Origin: Acidobacteriota bacterium | GTDB taxonomy: Bacteria; Acidobacteriota; UBA6911 | Direction of reading: 5' to 3' | Assembly: GCA_963664705.1 (NCBI GenBank) | Contig: OY761556.1 | Coordinates: 3,232,001 to 3,296,000, forward strand | DNA: 64,000 nt | In this document: positions 10,226 through 19,843 of the stretch, piece after piece | Layout: each line of letters starts with the position of its first letter | Numbering within the stretch: position 1 is the first letter of the stretch | Position numbers and translations under genes: made by a program | The notes under the pieces: model-generated | Seen by the model: only the letters and a program-made list of their open reading frames with translations | Told to the model about the DNA's origin: nothing | Database searches by the model: none

Positions 10226-10332
10226 GCCCTAAATATTTGTGAACCAAATCAAGGGTACGGAGTATTAGCACTCGACACCACTTCATTTTTTCTCTCACGG
10301 GGCGAAAGCTTGTGATTCGCCCCGTCCTAATA

Positions 10333-10410
10333 ATTCCAGATTCCAGATTCCAGATTCCAGATTGCAGATTTCAGATTCCAGATTTCGTCTTTATCTGAAA
10401 TTTGGAATCC
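10333..10410. repeat. Heptamer (ATTCCAG)n palindrome overlapping the hybrid kinase stop codon
   Basis: About 7 ATTCCAG-like units, a short spacer, then inverted units ATCTGAAATTTGGAATCC. Confidence 0.85.
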
Positions 10411-12149
10411 GCTATGTTCTTGCCTCGTGCTGCGTAGTGGATCGCTTTGATCAATGCCTCGGGCGCGCCTCCTTTGGTCACATAGACACACGCTCCGGCT
10501 TTACGAATGGCAGAGGATAGTTCCCCTTCCTCGTGCATGGACAACCCGATAATCCGAACTTCCGGAAGGCTGCGGTGTATCTCTGCGGTGGCTTCTATCC
10601 CGCTCAGTACGGGCATACTCACATCCATGACCACAACATCAGGAAGAAGCGAGCGTGTCAGGCTGATGGCCTGAGCTCCGTTCGCTGCTTCTCCAACGAT
10701 TTCAATATCCGGATCCATGCGCAGCAATCCGGCCAATCCCTGCCTGATAATGTGGTGATCATCGGCCAGCAACACCCTGATTTTGCCTGCTGCAGGAATT
10801 CTCGCTGTCGGCTCCTCGCTGAAGGCGTGCCTAATTGCAGCATCCGCGAATTGCGGAGACAGATCCGGTTTTGGCCCGACCAGGGTGAGGCGAGTCCCTT
10901 TGCCCGGAGCGGAGTGGATCTCCAGTTGCCCGCCCAGATGCTTGATGCGCTGCTGGATGCTGAACAGGCCAAACCCTTCCGATCGACCTCCTCCTTGAAG
11001 GCTTGCTGGATTGAATCCTTTCCCTTCATCGGATATTACGAGGTGGATCCGGCCTTCCGCTCCTCGAAAACCATTGATGTGCGCCTTCGTCACTTCCGAG
11101 TGCTTGGTAACATTGAATAAGGCCTCGCGCACAGCGTCGAACAGGAAAATGCGCAAATCCTCGGTTCTTGGCTCGGCCAGAGGCGCAAATTCCACATCAA
11201 TATTGAGTCCATGCTTTTCCAAAAAATGCCTTGCGAGCCACTGGAGCGCTGGCCCAAGTCCCGCATCATATAAAACCGGAGGGCTCAACTCAGCCGTCAG
11301 GGTACGTGAAGCGGCCAGCGACTGATCGAGCAGCTCACTGACGAGCCGTGCCGCGGCCGCCATGCTTTCCGTAGGCTGCCGGTTAACAAGCATGGTGGTC
11401 TGCAGTTTGGCGGCCACCAGCATCTGCTGGATATGATCGTGGAGCACTTTGGCCAGGCGCTGACGCTCGCGCTGTTCGGTCATAGTCAAATCGGATGCCA
11501 GTTCCCGCAACTGCGAAGCTAATGCCGTTGTCTCGGCCGTTCTCTCCTCGACTCGCCTTTCCAGGGTTGAATTCAATTCGCGCAGAGAATTCTCCGCGCG
11601 GACACGCTCCATGGCCACCGCAACCAGGTCGGCAATAGTACGCATGACTTCGACTTCGGCGTCGCTGAACTGAGGGCGACTTTTCGTGCCAAACGAGAGA
11701 GTCCCTATCAATCGGTCATGGGTTTTTAAAGGATGACAGCAGTATGCCTGGACACCATAGGATCGCACCAAATCGGTTCGCGTATCCAGGACATGCGATA
11801 TATCCTCCGCGATAATCCGTTCTCCGCTTTGGGCAACGCACCCGCAGACTGCAACCCCATAATCAAGCGATTCAATTCCTTTTGCCTGATTCTCTTCGAT
11901 CCCTGCATAGGCATTCAGATGCAGGCTGTTTGTACCCTCATTGGCCAAATAGTTGACAAATATCTGGCAGTCCAGGAATTGCATGGCATCATTGCAGAGT
12001 TCATTAACAACCGATTGAGGATCCGTGGATCGAAGAAGTTTTTCAGCGGTTTGTGCGAGGAGTCTGAATTTCGATTCACTCCGCTGCGGCGTCTCTTCAG
12101 CCTGTTTTCCTTGAGCAGTATCTTGACAATTCACAACAATAGCCTGCAC
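10371..12149 (-). CDS. Hybrid sensor kinase/response regulator (GAF, HisKA_3, HATPase, NarL-type REC)
   Basis: GAF domain, ERQRLAKVLHDHIQQ, EALFNVTKHS, DEGKGF, GFGLFSI, VLLADDH...DVSMP. True start may be 12226 across a 1-nt frameshift. Confidence 0.88.
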   Translation of the reverse strand: MQAIVVNCQDTAQGKQAEETPQRSESKFRLLAQTAEKLLRSTDPQSVVNELCNDAMQFLDCQIFVNYLANEGTNSLHLNAYAGIEENQAKGIESLDYGVAVCGCVAQSGERIIAEDISHVLDTRTDLVRSYGVQAYCCHPLKTHDRLIGTLSFGTKSRPQFSDAEVEVMRTIADLVAVAMERVRAENSLRELNSTLERRVEERTAETTALASQLRELASDLTMTEQRERQRLAKVLHDHIQQMLVAAKLQTTMLVNRQPTESMAAAARLVSELLDQSLAASRTLTAELSPPVLYDAGLGPALQWLARHFLEKHGLNIDVEFAPLAEPRTEDLRIFLFDAVREALFNVTKHSEVTKAHINGFRGAEGRIHLVISDEGKGFNPASLQGGGRSEGFGLFSIQQRIKHLGGQLEIHSAPGKGTRLTLVGPKPDLSPQFADAAIRHAFSEEPTARIPAAGKIRVLLADDHHIIRQGLAGLLRMDPDIEIVGEAANGAQAISLTRSLLPDVVVMDVSMPVLSGIEATAEIHRSLPEVRIIGLSMHEEGELSSAIRKAGACVYVTKGGAPEALIKAIHYAARGKNIADSKFQIKTKSGI

Positions 12150-12760
12150 ATCGGGTTATTGAGCGGATTGGTGGCGGTTGATTTCCCGTTATTGCTTAAT
12201 GATTCCGAATTAGCAGATCCGCTCATTGGCTCTCCCGGAAGATCGCATGCAGGCCGCATCTGCCGGTATGCAGACCCGAGAAGCCGTTTATCATTCAACC
12301 GGATTGATCATCGATTGCAATATAGCCCCAAATGAGATGTTATTAATAATTATTTTTTATTCATCAGCGCGCGATTTCAAGGGGCAGCGACAACTTCCAC
12401 TGATTTTTATCCGGGTGCTTCGACAGACTAACCCTATTTCATTTGCGGTGAGTTTCTCAGCTTGCACGAAGAATGCCGCGGTGGAGTCAGGAGTCCACAA
12501 AAGCCAGGCATATCACAAGCAACAGCGCCAAAACTATCAGCAGATCGCCGACCATAATTTCCCTGCCTTGATTCTCATCCCATCCAACCATCCCTACCTA
12601 TATATGGTATACGCCCGGGGCTGCCATTGTTACATGAGCCTGGAGACACATCCCTGCCACAGATCTCTCGACGGTCTCACCATTGAGACAAACGCATCCC
12701 GAGGGAATCTAATATATTGAAGGCACTCGAGAAGAGTACCGGGAAAGTTGAGGACAGAAC

Positions 12761-13195
12761 ATGAAGACTCTAAAGATCACCGGTCTGCTGCTTGCGGTCC
12801 TGCTGATTGCATTGCCTGCCAGTGCTCACGGTCGGTTCGGAGGAAGGGTGATCGCGGGTCCAGGCTTTGGAGCCTGGAATTGGTATTACCCCTACTGGGG
12901 TTGGTATGGAGTATACGGACCGCCCTACGCGGTTTATCCTGACATTCACGCGGGATCTGGAGAGGTTAAACTAACAACAAACGTCAAAGACGCGGATGTA
13001 TTCATCAACGGAGCTTTTGCCGGAAAAGCGTCCAAGCTGAAATCAGTTTGGCTGCGTCCGGACACATATAATCTGGAAGTGCGGGCACCAGGATATGCCT
13101 CATTTTCACAGCGGGTATATGTAGTGCAAGGCAAGTCCATGCGCATCAACGCGCAATTGACGCTCGCATCGCAGCCTCAAAATCCACGAAGCTGA
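12761..13195 (+). CDS. Secreted PEGA domain protein
   Basis: Signal peptide, Y/W/G/P-rich linker, ADVFING...LEVRAPGY PEGA pattern. Confidence 0.8.
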   Translation: MKTLKITGLLLAVLLIALPASAHGRFGGRVIAGPGFGAWNWYYPYWGWYGVYGPPYAVYPDIHAGSGEVKLTTNVKDADVFINGAFAGKASKLKSVWLRPDTYNLEVRAPGYASFSQRVYVVQGKSMRINAQLTLASQPQNPRS

Positions 13196-13219
13196 ACCCG
13201 CTTTCGATTTCCCACTCGC

Positions 13220-13244
13220 GCCCGGGCCTCGAAAAGGGCCCGGG
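13220..13244. terminator. Hairpin between convergent genes
   Basis: CCCGGGCC-TCGAAAAG-GGCCCGGG; no clear U-tract. Confidence 0.45.
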
Positions 13245-13276
13245 AGTCCTTGCGACAATGGAACGTCGCTCGCCCT

Positions 13277-15625
13277 TTACTGAATCACCACAGGAACACG
13301 CACAAAGCGGTTTACATCGGCGATGGCATCGCGTGCATGTATCTGTAGAGTATAGGTTCCCCTCTTGAGATTTTTCAGCGGAAGAGAAATGGCGACCGTC
13401 GTTTCACCTTTGCGATCGTTCATTCCCTGCATCCCCGCCATTCCTTCTCCCGGACCACCCATTCTTCCAGGTCCGCCACCACCCGGGAAACCCATTCCAC
13501 CCGGCGGCGCCGTGCCTCGACCTCCGTTCCCTGGGCTAAAGCCGGGAGCGTTTCTCGCGCGAGTCCACTGCTGGACATACTGCGGCTGAGATTCAAGAAT
13601 CTTGGTCTTATCGCGGAGAAGTATCAGGTCCGCCTGGATGCATGGTCTCTGCGTGTCCTTGTCTTCGGCGCCACCATAGACCTGGAAATAGACGTACACG
13701 GTTTGCCCCGCTACAAACACATTGCCGATGCTCGGAACCACCTTTCTGCCCCCTGTTACAAGAGGGTCATAACCCGTAATCATTTCCTGGAATCGCCGCA
13801 TCGCTCCCTGGTGCGTTATCGTGGGATCGGACTGACGTGTATTGGCCAGCTGGTTGCCGAGCACAATGGAACTTATTTGAAAGCTCTTGAGATCAATCTT
13901 CGGAACCTCAATCGGTTGTTCAAAGCTGCCGAGTTTTCCCGTTACATTATCTCGCACCAGGAATTTCAACGTATAGGGTCCGGGGCGGAGTTGAAATCCT
14001 GTTGAGTAAAAGATGCCGCCGGCCTTGATTCGCTCGTACTTTTCGGCCGGCAACTTCAGCTGCACAATATCCCGGGCTACGCTGGAGATCTTCCCTTTTG
14101 AATCAGTGGCCTGGGCAACAAATTCGAACTTCCCTTCCCGGTTGGCACCTTTCTCTTCAAATTTCAGGCCGTCGCCATCCAGCTCGATGGAAATCGGCAC
14201 CAGCGTTGTGTCGTTATCTTTCCGGAAGTAATCCGCCTCTAAGATAAGGGGCACATCCACGAATGGCCGGTCTACGGTCATGGCCTGCGACATCTGCAGA
14301 TCTTTCTCCTGCTGCGTCAGCTGACCGAAAGCCTTTGCCGCAAAGTAGCCGGGGCGATGCTCTATCTTCAGCCCGGGCTTCACCAGTTCAACCCGTATCT
14401 TGCGGTACTTTCCATCTTCTTTTGAATTGGAGCTGAAATAGCCCAGAACATAATAGACATTCGTATCTTTCTGGACTTGAGTCAGTGCGAGGCTGAGGTC
14501 GTTGCTATCGGTGAACGCCTTTCCGCCCGTATCATGAGAAAGCGTAATCAGCGTTTCCTGCGATCCCATCAGACTTGATCTTTGCCGCCCCATGGCTCCG
14601 CCATTGAACATTGCACTTCCCGCGCTGCCCTGCGATGCGTCACCGCCCGGCGGCAGCGCAACAAGACCATGGCTGTCTACCGTATAGATCGACATGTTGG
14701 ACCGGTTTGCATTGTCCACTGTGGACCGGATCTGCGCATTGTTTTCGACGCCCGTTGTCGAAATGCCGTTGGAAAAGTAAATCAGCGATTTGCGCTCCGG
14801 GAACTCCCGATACATTTTTGCGAGCGTCTCCAGCGCCGATAGCCGACGGTCGGTATTAAAAACGTTGAATTGAACGGTGTCGGGAACAAATACATCATCG
14901 GAGCTGCTGGTATCACTCAGGTCGGCCGAGGCGCTGTCTCCCGAGTCAGTGGAGCTAATGCTTTTCAGCGTCTTGAGAACAAGATCGCGGTCATTGGTAA
15001 AGTCCTGAACCAGACTCAGCGAACTGCTATAGGTCGCAATCGCCATGAGATCCTGGGGGCCCGTCTGCTTCGCCACAAATTTGTTTGCGGCATCTACCGA
15101 CCGGATCAATTCCTCGGTGCCGAGCGAGCTCAGATCGAAAAACAAAATCATCAGTCGCTTGCCGGATAGATTTTCCTTTTTGACCGGCTGCCCCGCACTG
15201 GAACTCATATTGATGATAGCTGGGGGTTCTGCCGGCTTCTCCACTTTCGCCTCGGCCAGGGCCGGCTCTGGAGCAGATCCAATCGCCACCTTCTCGGCGG
15301 AGAAGGTAACGACATTTTGAGGTTTGCTGTCTTCGTATATCCGAAAATCCTCTCTTTTGAGATCAGGAATGAGTTTGCCCTTGCCGTCGCGCACGGTTAC
15401 ATCCACAACCACCATGGCAGCTTCGATCGAAAATGTCGGAGTTCGCTGCGGAACAGCGACCTGTTGCGGATCCGGATTGGGCTGCGAACCGGGAACGGCA
15501 TATCCGATCAGGCAGAAGATGAAGCAAAAAAAAGCTACCGATGCGGGATGCAGAATGCAGGATGCAGGAATGCCATGAACTAATTTCCTATAGGGGCTAA
15601 CCGACGCGGGTCTATTCCCATTCAT
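13277..15625 (-). CDS. VWA domain protein, acidobacterial type
   Basis: VVVDVTVRDGKG...L..EDF.IYED, LFFDLSS, RKSLIYFS, DTGG, YVLGY, DGKYRKI; exact start uncertain. Confidence 0.88.
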   Translation of the reverse strand: MNGNRPASVSPYRKLVHGIPASCILHPASVAFFCFIFCLIGYAVPGSQPNPDPQQVAVPQRTPTFSIEAAMVVVDVTVRDGKGKLIPDLKREDFRIYEDSKPQNVVTFSAEKVAIGSAPEPALAEAKVEKPAEPPAIINMSSSAGQPVKKENLSGKRLMILFFDLSSLGTEELIRSVDAANKFVAKQTGPQDLMAIATYSSSLSLVQDFTNDRDLVLKTLKSISSTDSGDSASADLSDTSSSDDVFVPDTVQFNVFNTDRRLSALETLAKMYREFPERKSLIYFSNGISTTGVENNAQIRSTVDNANRSNMSIYTVDSHGLVALPPGGDASQGSAGSAMFNGGAMGRQRSSLMGSQETLITLSHDTGGKAFTDSNDLSLALTQVQKDTNVYYVLGYFSSNSKEDGKYRKIRVELVKPGLKIEHRPGYFAAKAFGQLTQQEKDLQMSQAMTVDRPFVDVPLILEADYFRKDNDTTLVPISIELDGDGLKFEEKGANREGKFEFVAQATDSKGKISSVARDIVQLKLPAEKYERIKAGGIFYSTGFQLRPGPYTLKFLVRDNVTGKLGSFEQPIEVPKIDLKSFQISSIVLGNQLANTRQSDPTITHQGAMRRFQEMITGYDPLVTGGRKVVPSIGNVFVAGQTVYVYFQVYGGAEDKDTQRPCIQADLILLRDKTKILESQPQYVQQWTRARNAPGFSPGNGGRGTAPPGGMGFPGGGGPGRMGGPGEGMAGMQGMNDRKGETTVAISLPLKNLKRGTYTLQIHARDAIADVNRFVRVPVVIQ

Positions 15626-15685
15626 CTGCCGTCTCTCCTGTCTTCCGGGTATGACCTCATCCTGAAATAAAACCGGAACTCCCGA

Positions 15686-18600
15686 TCAGAACCGAACGCG
15701 GAGGTTCATGCTCATGCTTCGCATCGCGCGCACGCTCGTCACCTGTCCGAAATTCAATGCATTTACCGTGGTACCTACGCCTCCCCAATTCGCATGATTC
15801 AGGAGATTCTGAACCTGCCAGCTGAAATCGAGGCGTCGGCCGTTCTCATCCAAGCGGAAACCTTTTCGAACCGAAAGGTTGATCATGAACGAACCGGGGC
15901 CGGTAATGGTATTTCTGCCCGCCGTGCCCAAAGAGCCGGCAGGAATCGCAAAAGCAGCAGTGTTGAAATATCGCAACCAGCTGCGTTCGCTCCGTGAAAG
16001 CGCCGGGGAAATGTTGGTGGCGTCCGCCCGCAATGCGTTATACAACGCGGATCCTGATGTGCTGCCGCTGCTGCTCGCATAGCGAGCGGTCAGGGGCGTA
16101 CCGCTTGCAAGCGACACATTCCCGTTGAAACTCCAGCCTGCGATGAAATTGAGCAATTTGGCGGAGGAGCCGGCAAAAAACATGCGGTTTTGCCCGATAG
16201 GTAATTCATAGGCAAAGTTTGACTGGAAATTGTGGCGTTGATCCTGCCCGCTCAGAGCACGCTCGGCCGAAAGATTAGCGTCATTCTGAGCTACACCGCT
16301 TGAGGTATCGTCGATGCTCTTCGCAAGCGTATATGAATTGCTGATGTTGAACCCGTGCGAAAACCGGCGGGACAGTTGGACCATCAGACCGTGATAGATG
16401 GATGAACCACCGTTGGTCTGGTAAATGAACTGGGAGGCGCTGCTGCTCCGGTTGGGCGCCCGCATGACATCCAATCCGGTTCCTTTGCTTCCGCTATAGG
16501 CAACCGTCAGGACATATAGCTTCGAAAGCTGTGACTGAATGTCCAGGTTCCACTGCTGCGCATAGGAAGCCCGGTAATGGGGGTCGACCGCAAAAGTATT
16601 CAGGATGCTCAACGACGGGTTCACAGGGAAACCGTTTTGCAGCGTCAAGGGATTGGACCGGTCCGAAGCCAGCGTCTGGCTGATCGCGAAAGGCGACTGA
16701 TTGACAAGCTGGTTTACGATGGATCCAAATCCGCCCGCATTGTAGCCAATTCCATAGCCGGCCCGGAAAACGAAAGGGGATCTGGGTTTCGGTCGCCAGG
16801 CAATCCCGATGCGGGGCGCGACATTGTTTCTGTCGGCATTGAGAATGGATCGGGAAAAGCTCAGTCCGCTCAAAGGACCTGTTTCGTCCGGAAAAACCTG
16901 CGCAATGGAGGAAAAATCAGAATTCGTATCCAGGCTTACGAGGCGATCGTACTTCTCATAACTGGGCCCGGTATATTCATAGCGCAGTCCATAATTCAGT
17001 GTGAGCCCGGAACTGATTCTCCAGTTGTCCATAATGAAGATATTCCAGGTTCGGTTCCGAAGATAGATGCTGTTGCCATGAGAATCCACGCTCGGATCGA
17101 CATACCTTCGCGAAGTTGAATAAGGCCGCCCAAGCAGGAAGTCGGCGAAATCACTGCCTGTTCCTGAAACCTGCTGTCCTTTTGCATCAAGAAGGACGGT
17201 AGCGTAGCCCGTGAAACTGAAGGTGCCGCGACCATTGGAGTCACTGTGGGAATTCCGTTGCGAGAAATTGATGTCGACGCCGGCTCGGATGGAGTGCTTG
17301 GTTCCGATCTTATTAATGCCGCCGGAAAAGCCGAACGTCTGGTTCTGAGTCAATGTGGGCGCCGCCAGTGACAGCCCTCCATAGTTTGTAAAGCCGATGG
17401 TCGGAGGCCCCCAGTTGATCGGATCCTGAGAAACACCGGCGATTCCCAGCAAACCTTCAACATTATTCTGATACGCAAAAGCATTGTTCGATTCGACGCG
17501 CGTACGATTCAGGGTCAATCTCCAGTTACCGATGAGTCGCGCCTGGAACCGGTGGGTTCCCGAGATCCCGATGTTCTGGCCTTTATTGGAACGGGTCGTA
17601 TCGAGTCCCTGGAAAGTCGCCGCACTCAGCGAGTCGCCGCGGCGCATGCTGTAATTCACACCGATATTGTCCCGGGACGAAAGGCGGATCCCGGTGATAC
17701 TTCCCTGAAACTGGTCCGAGGTCGAAGGCAGACTGCGCTCCAGTGCGTAATTATTGGTGCAAAGCCCGGTTGAACTGCAGGGCAGATTGGCCCGCGGAAC
17801 ATATTTCAACAGTTGAGCGGCAATCGGGTCGATTGCGGTGATCTTGGTGAAGCGGGTTGCGGCATCATTCGGATTCAGATAAAGCTGTACCGGCTGGATG
17901 ACCACGGATCTCTGCCCGGTGATCGCATCCACCACCGATGCCTGCGCATACGTTTGGGAAAAATCGCCCGTGCGCTCCAGGTCGGTCGGTACAGTCGTCA
18001 GTACATCCTGTGCGCCTCTATTCCGGCTTCCGCTATAGGTAAAACTCCAGCCAGGCTGGCTGTTGATGCGCATTCTGGCATTCGTGGACCCATTCTGGGT
18101 TGCGGCACTCTTGGCCTTAAACCAAGGGAGCACACCCCCCAGAGTCACGCTGAAGTTATTTTGGATCTGGACAGGCTTCGGCAGTGTCTGGCCGGTCAGG
18201 GAATAGTTGCGGGCATTGAGAGCGGAATTACTGTATGTCTCGGACAGACTCCCCTCGACTGCCGGCTGGCGGAAGTTGTTGCCGCGGCCCATCCGAGGCA
18301 TCCCCATGCCACCACCGGGACCGCCCCCAGGACCGCCACCACCCGGCCCTCCTCCAGGGCCACCACCCATCATGCCACCGGCCGGGCCGCCGCCCATACC
18401 TCCAAAGCCGCTGAAACTGGCACCGCCGCCGGAACCACCTTCTGCGCCGGGACCGAATTCCTGGATCTGAAATCCCATGGACCGCGCGGCATCCATCATC
18501 TGACCTCGAAAACCGGAATCCCCAAAGTTGCCGGAATCGAGATTGGCGGTATTCCCACTGATGAACAGCATGCTGTCCTGACGGGACGAAGCCGCCGTCG

Positions 18601-19189
18601 TGTCGCCGGCCTGGCTCGACAGATCTTCCTGAAACTGGCTGAGCCCTGGCAAGGTCGTGACCTCAGCCGTCTGGAAAACCGGCGTATCCTGCTGCGTTTG
18701 CGATTCCTGCGTTTTGGCAAATGCAGCCCGCTGCGTCTTCGGCGCAGGCGGACGAGGAAGCGATTCAAGCTGCACCGTCAGGTTCCGGCTCGTCTCAGCA
18801 GAACTGTCGATTCCGTCTTTCACAGCCTTCTGGAATCCGACCATATCAACCGTCAGCTGATAAACTCCTGCCGGCAAACCCTCGACCTTAAAAGATCCGT
18901 CCAGCTCGGTCAGTGTTTCGGCCAGCTTGCCGGAGGGAGTGGAAATCACAACTCCCGCGGCGGGGATGGGCACACCCTTGGAGTCGGCAACTTTTCCGAT
19001 AATGGAAGTCTGGACCTGCGCATTTATCGGAAGGCAGATCAGCAGGGTGTTAACAATCAGAATGGGTAGAACGATAAACCTGATAGTAGATCGTCTCATC
19101 ATTCTGGATATACGCGCGGGCGCGAAAAAGTTACGCGAATATACCCGATTCGGACAGGTTAACGTAGATTTAACAGGCTGAAGCCCCAA
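15686..19189 (-). CDS. TonB-dependent receptor-like outer membrane protein (carboxypeptidase-regulatory-like N-terminus, Oar-like barrel)
   Basis: GKVADSKGVPIP N-domain, LNYGLRYE, APRIGIAW, QQWNL, C-terminal Phe; start probably near 19100. Confidence 0.88.
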   Translation of the reverse strand: MGLQPVKSTLTCPNRVYSRNFFAPARISRMMRRSTIRFIVLPILIVNTLLICLPINAQVQTSIIGKVADSKGVPIPAAGVVISTPSGKLAETLTELDGSFKVEGLPAGVYQLTVDMVGFQKAVKDGIDSSAETSRNLTVQLESLPRPPAPKTQRAAFAKTQESQTQQDTPVFQTAEVTTLPGLSQFQEDLSSQAGDTTAASSRQDSMLFISGNTANLDSGNFGDSGFRGQMMDAARSMGFQIQEFGPGAEGGSGGGASFSGFGGMGGGPAGGMMGGGPGGGPGGGGPGGGPGGGMGMPRMGRGNNFRQPAVEGSLSETYSNSALNARNYSLTGQTLPKPVQIQNNFSVTLGGVLPWFKAKSAATQNGSTNARMRINSQPGWSFTYSGSRNRGAQDVLTTVPTDLERTGDFSQTYAQASVVDAITGQRSVVIQPVQLYLNPNDAATRFTKITAIDPIAAQLLKYVPRANLPCSSTGLCTNNYALERSLPSTSDQFQGSITGIRLSSRDNIGVNYSMRRGDSLSAATFQGLDTTRSNKGQNIGISGTHRFQARLIGNWRLTLNRTRVESNNAFAYQNNVEGLLGIAGVSQDPINWGPPTIGFTNYGGLSLAAPTLTQNQTFGFSGGINKIGTKHSIRAGVDINFSQRNSHSDSNGRGTFSFTGYATVLLDAKGQQVSGTGSDFADFLLGRPYSTSRRYVDPSVDSHGNSIYLRNRTWNIFIMDNWRISSGLTLNYGLRYEYTGPSYEKYDRLVSLDTNSDFSSIAQVFPDETGPLSGLSFSRSILNADRNNVAPRIGIAWRPKPRSPFVFRAGYGIGYNAGGFGSIVNQLVNQSPFAISQTLASDRSNPLTLQNGFPVNPSLSILNTFAVDPHYRASYAQQWNLDIQSQLSKLYVLTVAYSGSKGTGLDVMRAPNRSSSASQFIYQTNGGSSIYHGLMVQLSRRFSHGFNISNSYTLAKSIDDTSSGVAQNDANLSAERALSGQDQRHNFQSNFAYELPIGQNRMFFAGSSAKLLNFIAGWSFNGNVSLASGTPLTARYASSSGSTSGSALYNALRADATNISPALSRSERSWLRYFNTAAFAIPAGSLGTAGRNTITGPGSFMINLSVRKGFRLDENGRRLDFSWQVQNLLNHANWGGVGTTVNALNFGQVTSVRAMRSMSMNLRVRF

Positions 19190-19228
19190 GCTTCAGGGTA
19201 ATCCGCCCGCAGAAGATGGAAGAAACTT

Positions 19229-19780
19229 CTATCTTAGAAATTTCAAAGCTACGAGGAGCGCAATCGCCACAGCAAATCCGAAGGCTGTACGGTGTTCCCG
19301 ATTGCGAACAACTCGGGACCAGCGGAAGGCGGAGGGATCTAGTCCGGATCTGCGAAATCCGGGAACAAACATTGGAACTCTATTAGAATAATCCAGGAAT
19401 TTGCTCCCGTATCCATTGTAGAGCTCCTGCTCCTCGGCTTTCATAACAGGGAAATAAAACGCAACAAAGAAAGCCAGGAATGGCAGCAGCAGCCAGTACC
19501 CCTGCCCGGCGATGATCAGTCCGAATGCCATGAAAAATGATCCCAGGTAAAGCGGATTCCGTGTGAAGGCATACGGCCCGCCCTGGGTAAGCACTCTTCC
19601 CTTTTCGATGTGTCCGGCTGCCCAGAGACGCAGGAGGGCGCCGGCGGAAGCGATTACGCCTCCAACCAGGAGGGACTGAGCCGAAGGCCCCTGTTTATAG
19701 AGAAGATACAGAAAAACGACACCCAATGCCGTTCCAACCGGCACGCGGGTTTTTTGTGCAAACTTTTTCCAGGAATGCAT
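19229..19780 (-). CDS. Isoprenylcysteine carboxyl/phospholipid methyltransferase family membrane protein
   Basis: GPYAFTRNPLYLG, EE..L...YG..F..Y...VP. Confidence 0.85.
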   Translation of the reverse strand: MHSWKKFAQKTRVPVGTALGVVFLYLLYKQGPSAQSLLVGGVIASAGALLRLWAAGHIEKGRVLTQGGPYAFTRNPLYLGSFFMAFGLIIAGQGYWLLLPFLAFFVAFYFPVMKAEEQELYNGYGSKFLDYSNRVPMFVPGFRRSGLDPSAFRWSRVVRNREHRTAFGFAVAIALLVALKFLR

Positions 19781-19843
19781 AGAAAGTTAGAAATAAATCA
19801 AGTTTATGAAATCAAACAAAACCGGATTCCTATCCGAGGCGGA

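Noticed and set aside
12226-12720. 164-aa ORF in the divergent intergenic region
   Set aside because: TTG start, no motif and atypical composition; probably promoter DNA.
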